The translations under genes and the position numbers were made by a program. Shown one piece after another: positions 62,621-64,000 of a DNA stretch of 64,000 bases (positions are counted from its first letter, which is position 1; every line of letters begins with the position of its first letter). Source of the DNA: Callorhinchus milii. Its lineage: Eukaryota. The stretch lies in NCBI RefSeq assembly GCF_018977255.1, contig NW_024704743.1, forward strand, positions 7,132,001 to 7,196,000, read 5' to 3'. Below the pieces are notes generated by a model. That model was not told the DNA's origin, did no database searches, and saw only the letters and a list, made by a program, of their open reading frames with translations.

Positions 62621-62711
62621 TACACTTTCTTAACAAGGAAACCTTAAGGAATCTTGTAAGAATTTGCGTTGCCCAAGTCTGGAAGTAGATTCCCCCTTCT
62701 CACCTCCACAC

Positions 62712-62918
62712 TCTCTGGAACTATAGATCCCCCACCTCGCCTCTTCCATACACCTTCAAAGCCCACCTTAAAAAATAATTATCTTTTCGACTGCGGTTTC
62801 AGTCGCCTTTCCCTCCCTCCCCACCAGCTTGGGTGACCCCACTCTGTGTAAAGTGCTTTGAGATATCCTCCTGATATGAAAGGCCCCAAATAAATCTAAT
62901 ATTGATGTTGTGTCACAC
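62712..62918 (+). repeat. Copy 2 of local ~207-bp duplication
   Basis: Near-identical to 61289-61496. Confidence 0.9.
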
Positions 62919-64000
62919 AAGATTTCCCGCTAGCGGTGTGACATGCTTCCGGTTTCTGTGGAAGGAATCCCAGTTTGTGCGATTCAAGTTTTCCTGTTAA
63001 AAAATAAAGTCAATCAGATCCCAATGCATGGTTCTGTAATTGTACTCCAGTGGATCTGTGAACAAATAGTAAAAAGTATTTCCATTGTCTTTTTCCTGAA
63101 GACAATATTTTTAAGTGCAACAATATCGGCCAAGAAGGAAAGATTTAATTTCGGGGCAACATCGAGGTAAATAGTTGTGATGAAATCGATAATTAATGTT
63201 GGCATAAATCAACGCAGGAATCAATTTACACTGACTTTAATTTTGAACACTGCAATTTTTAACTCAGTGATTTCTTTAAAAAATGGCCAGTTTTGACAGA
63301 CAGACACAGACAGACGCTGGACCACAGTTGGGGGCTCAAGAGATGAAAGTCAATGGAATTGCTTTTTTCCTTTTGGGAGGCGACGGCCATCAGGAGTGGC
63401 AATGATTTTATTTTACTGCTTTAAGGGGATTCCATGTTCCTGCCTCTGGGACAGAATCCAGCTGTACTCCACTGTTAACTCTGCCCATTTGCCAAACGTT
63501 TTTTTTGTTTCGTGCGTTTAAGATTTGCCAGTACGTTTAAGGTGTTAGGGGATGGAGGTGGGTGGCAGGGAGAATTTTGATGTTCTACCTTCTACTGAAG
63601 AAAAAAAAGATTCTGTATGTATAGTAGTAAGAAAGAAAACACGGCATTCTGCCAGGATTGCTGTGTGCGTCCTTAGCTTCTGCTTGTTCTGTATTAACAT
63701 CTGTCTTCACTAACTTGTGACTGGACCCCCCTAGTATATTACTCAGCACAAGCCAGCTCAAGGGAAATTACTGAGGTTAGTGCTTTAGTTAGAGGGCATA
63801 GAAATAATGGCTCCTTCATAAAGATTAGGGCATAACCTTTTCTCCAGGCTTTTTCCCAGAATGAATGGATTTTCATATACTGAGAAAGGAAGTTCAATGT
63901 GATCTTAATCTAACTCTCCTCAGCATGTTCAGCCCTCAGTGACTGTCCACCACAGGCTTCTCTGATCCATCAACATTTCTTAATAGAAATGCGCAGTGTC

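Noticed and set aside
1..64000. CRISPR-like or prokaryotic defence-type system (RT plus repeats)
   Set aside because: The RTs are L2/CR1 non-LTR types and the recurring motifs are dispersed SINE/LINE tails, not regularly spaced arrays

Overview
Vertebrate, repeat-dense, apparently intronic or intergenic DNA. The repeat repertoire (L2 LINEs with (TTG)n tails, CR1 3' ends, SacSINE1/DeuSINE-like and other tRNA-derived SINEs with (ATT)n tails) points to a cartilaginous fish, possibly a chimaera; this is inference. I recognise no host protein-coding gene, RNA gene or CRISPR array. All convincing ORFs are L2 or CR1 reverse-transcriptase remnants. I found no clearly novel multi-gene system. The most notable signals are: (1) at least six short-range direct or inverted copies of neighbouring sequence (40-210 bp, 0.4-1.4 kb apart), plus perfect hairpins, suggesting templated-insertion or template-switch mutagenesis; (2) young L2 tails repeatedly nested in SINEs at TTG/CAA-like sites; (3) two LF-SINE-like relics; (4) a 33-nt-periodic, 11-mer helix-like segment at ~56.3 kb that also folds into a pre-miRNA-sized hairpin; (5) isolated strong motifs (RFX X-box, CTCF, ZNF143) in repeat-free blocks. 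Repeat boundaries are read by eye, accurate to roughly +/-20-50 bp. Family names come from recalled consensus sequences, not database searches.
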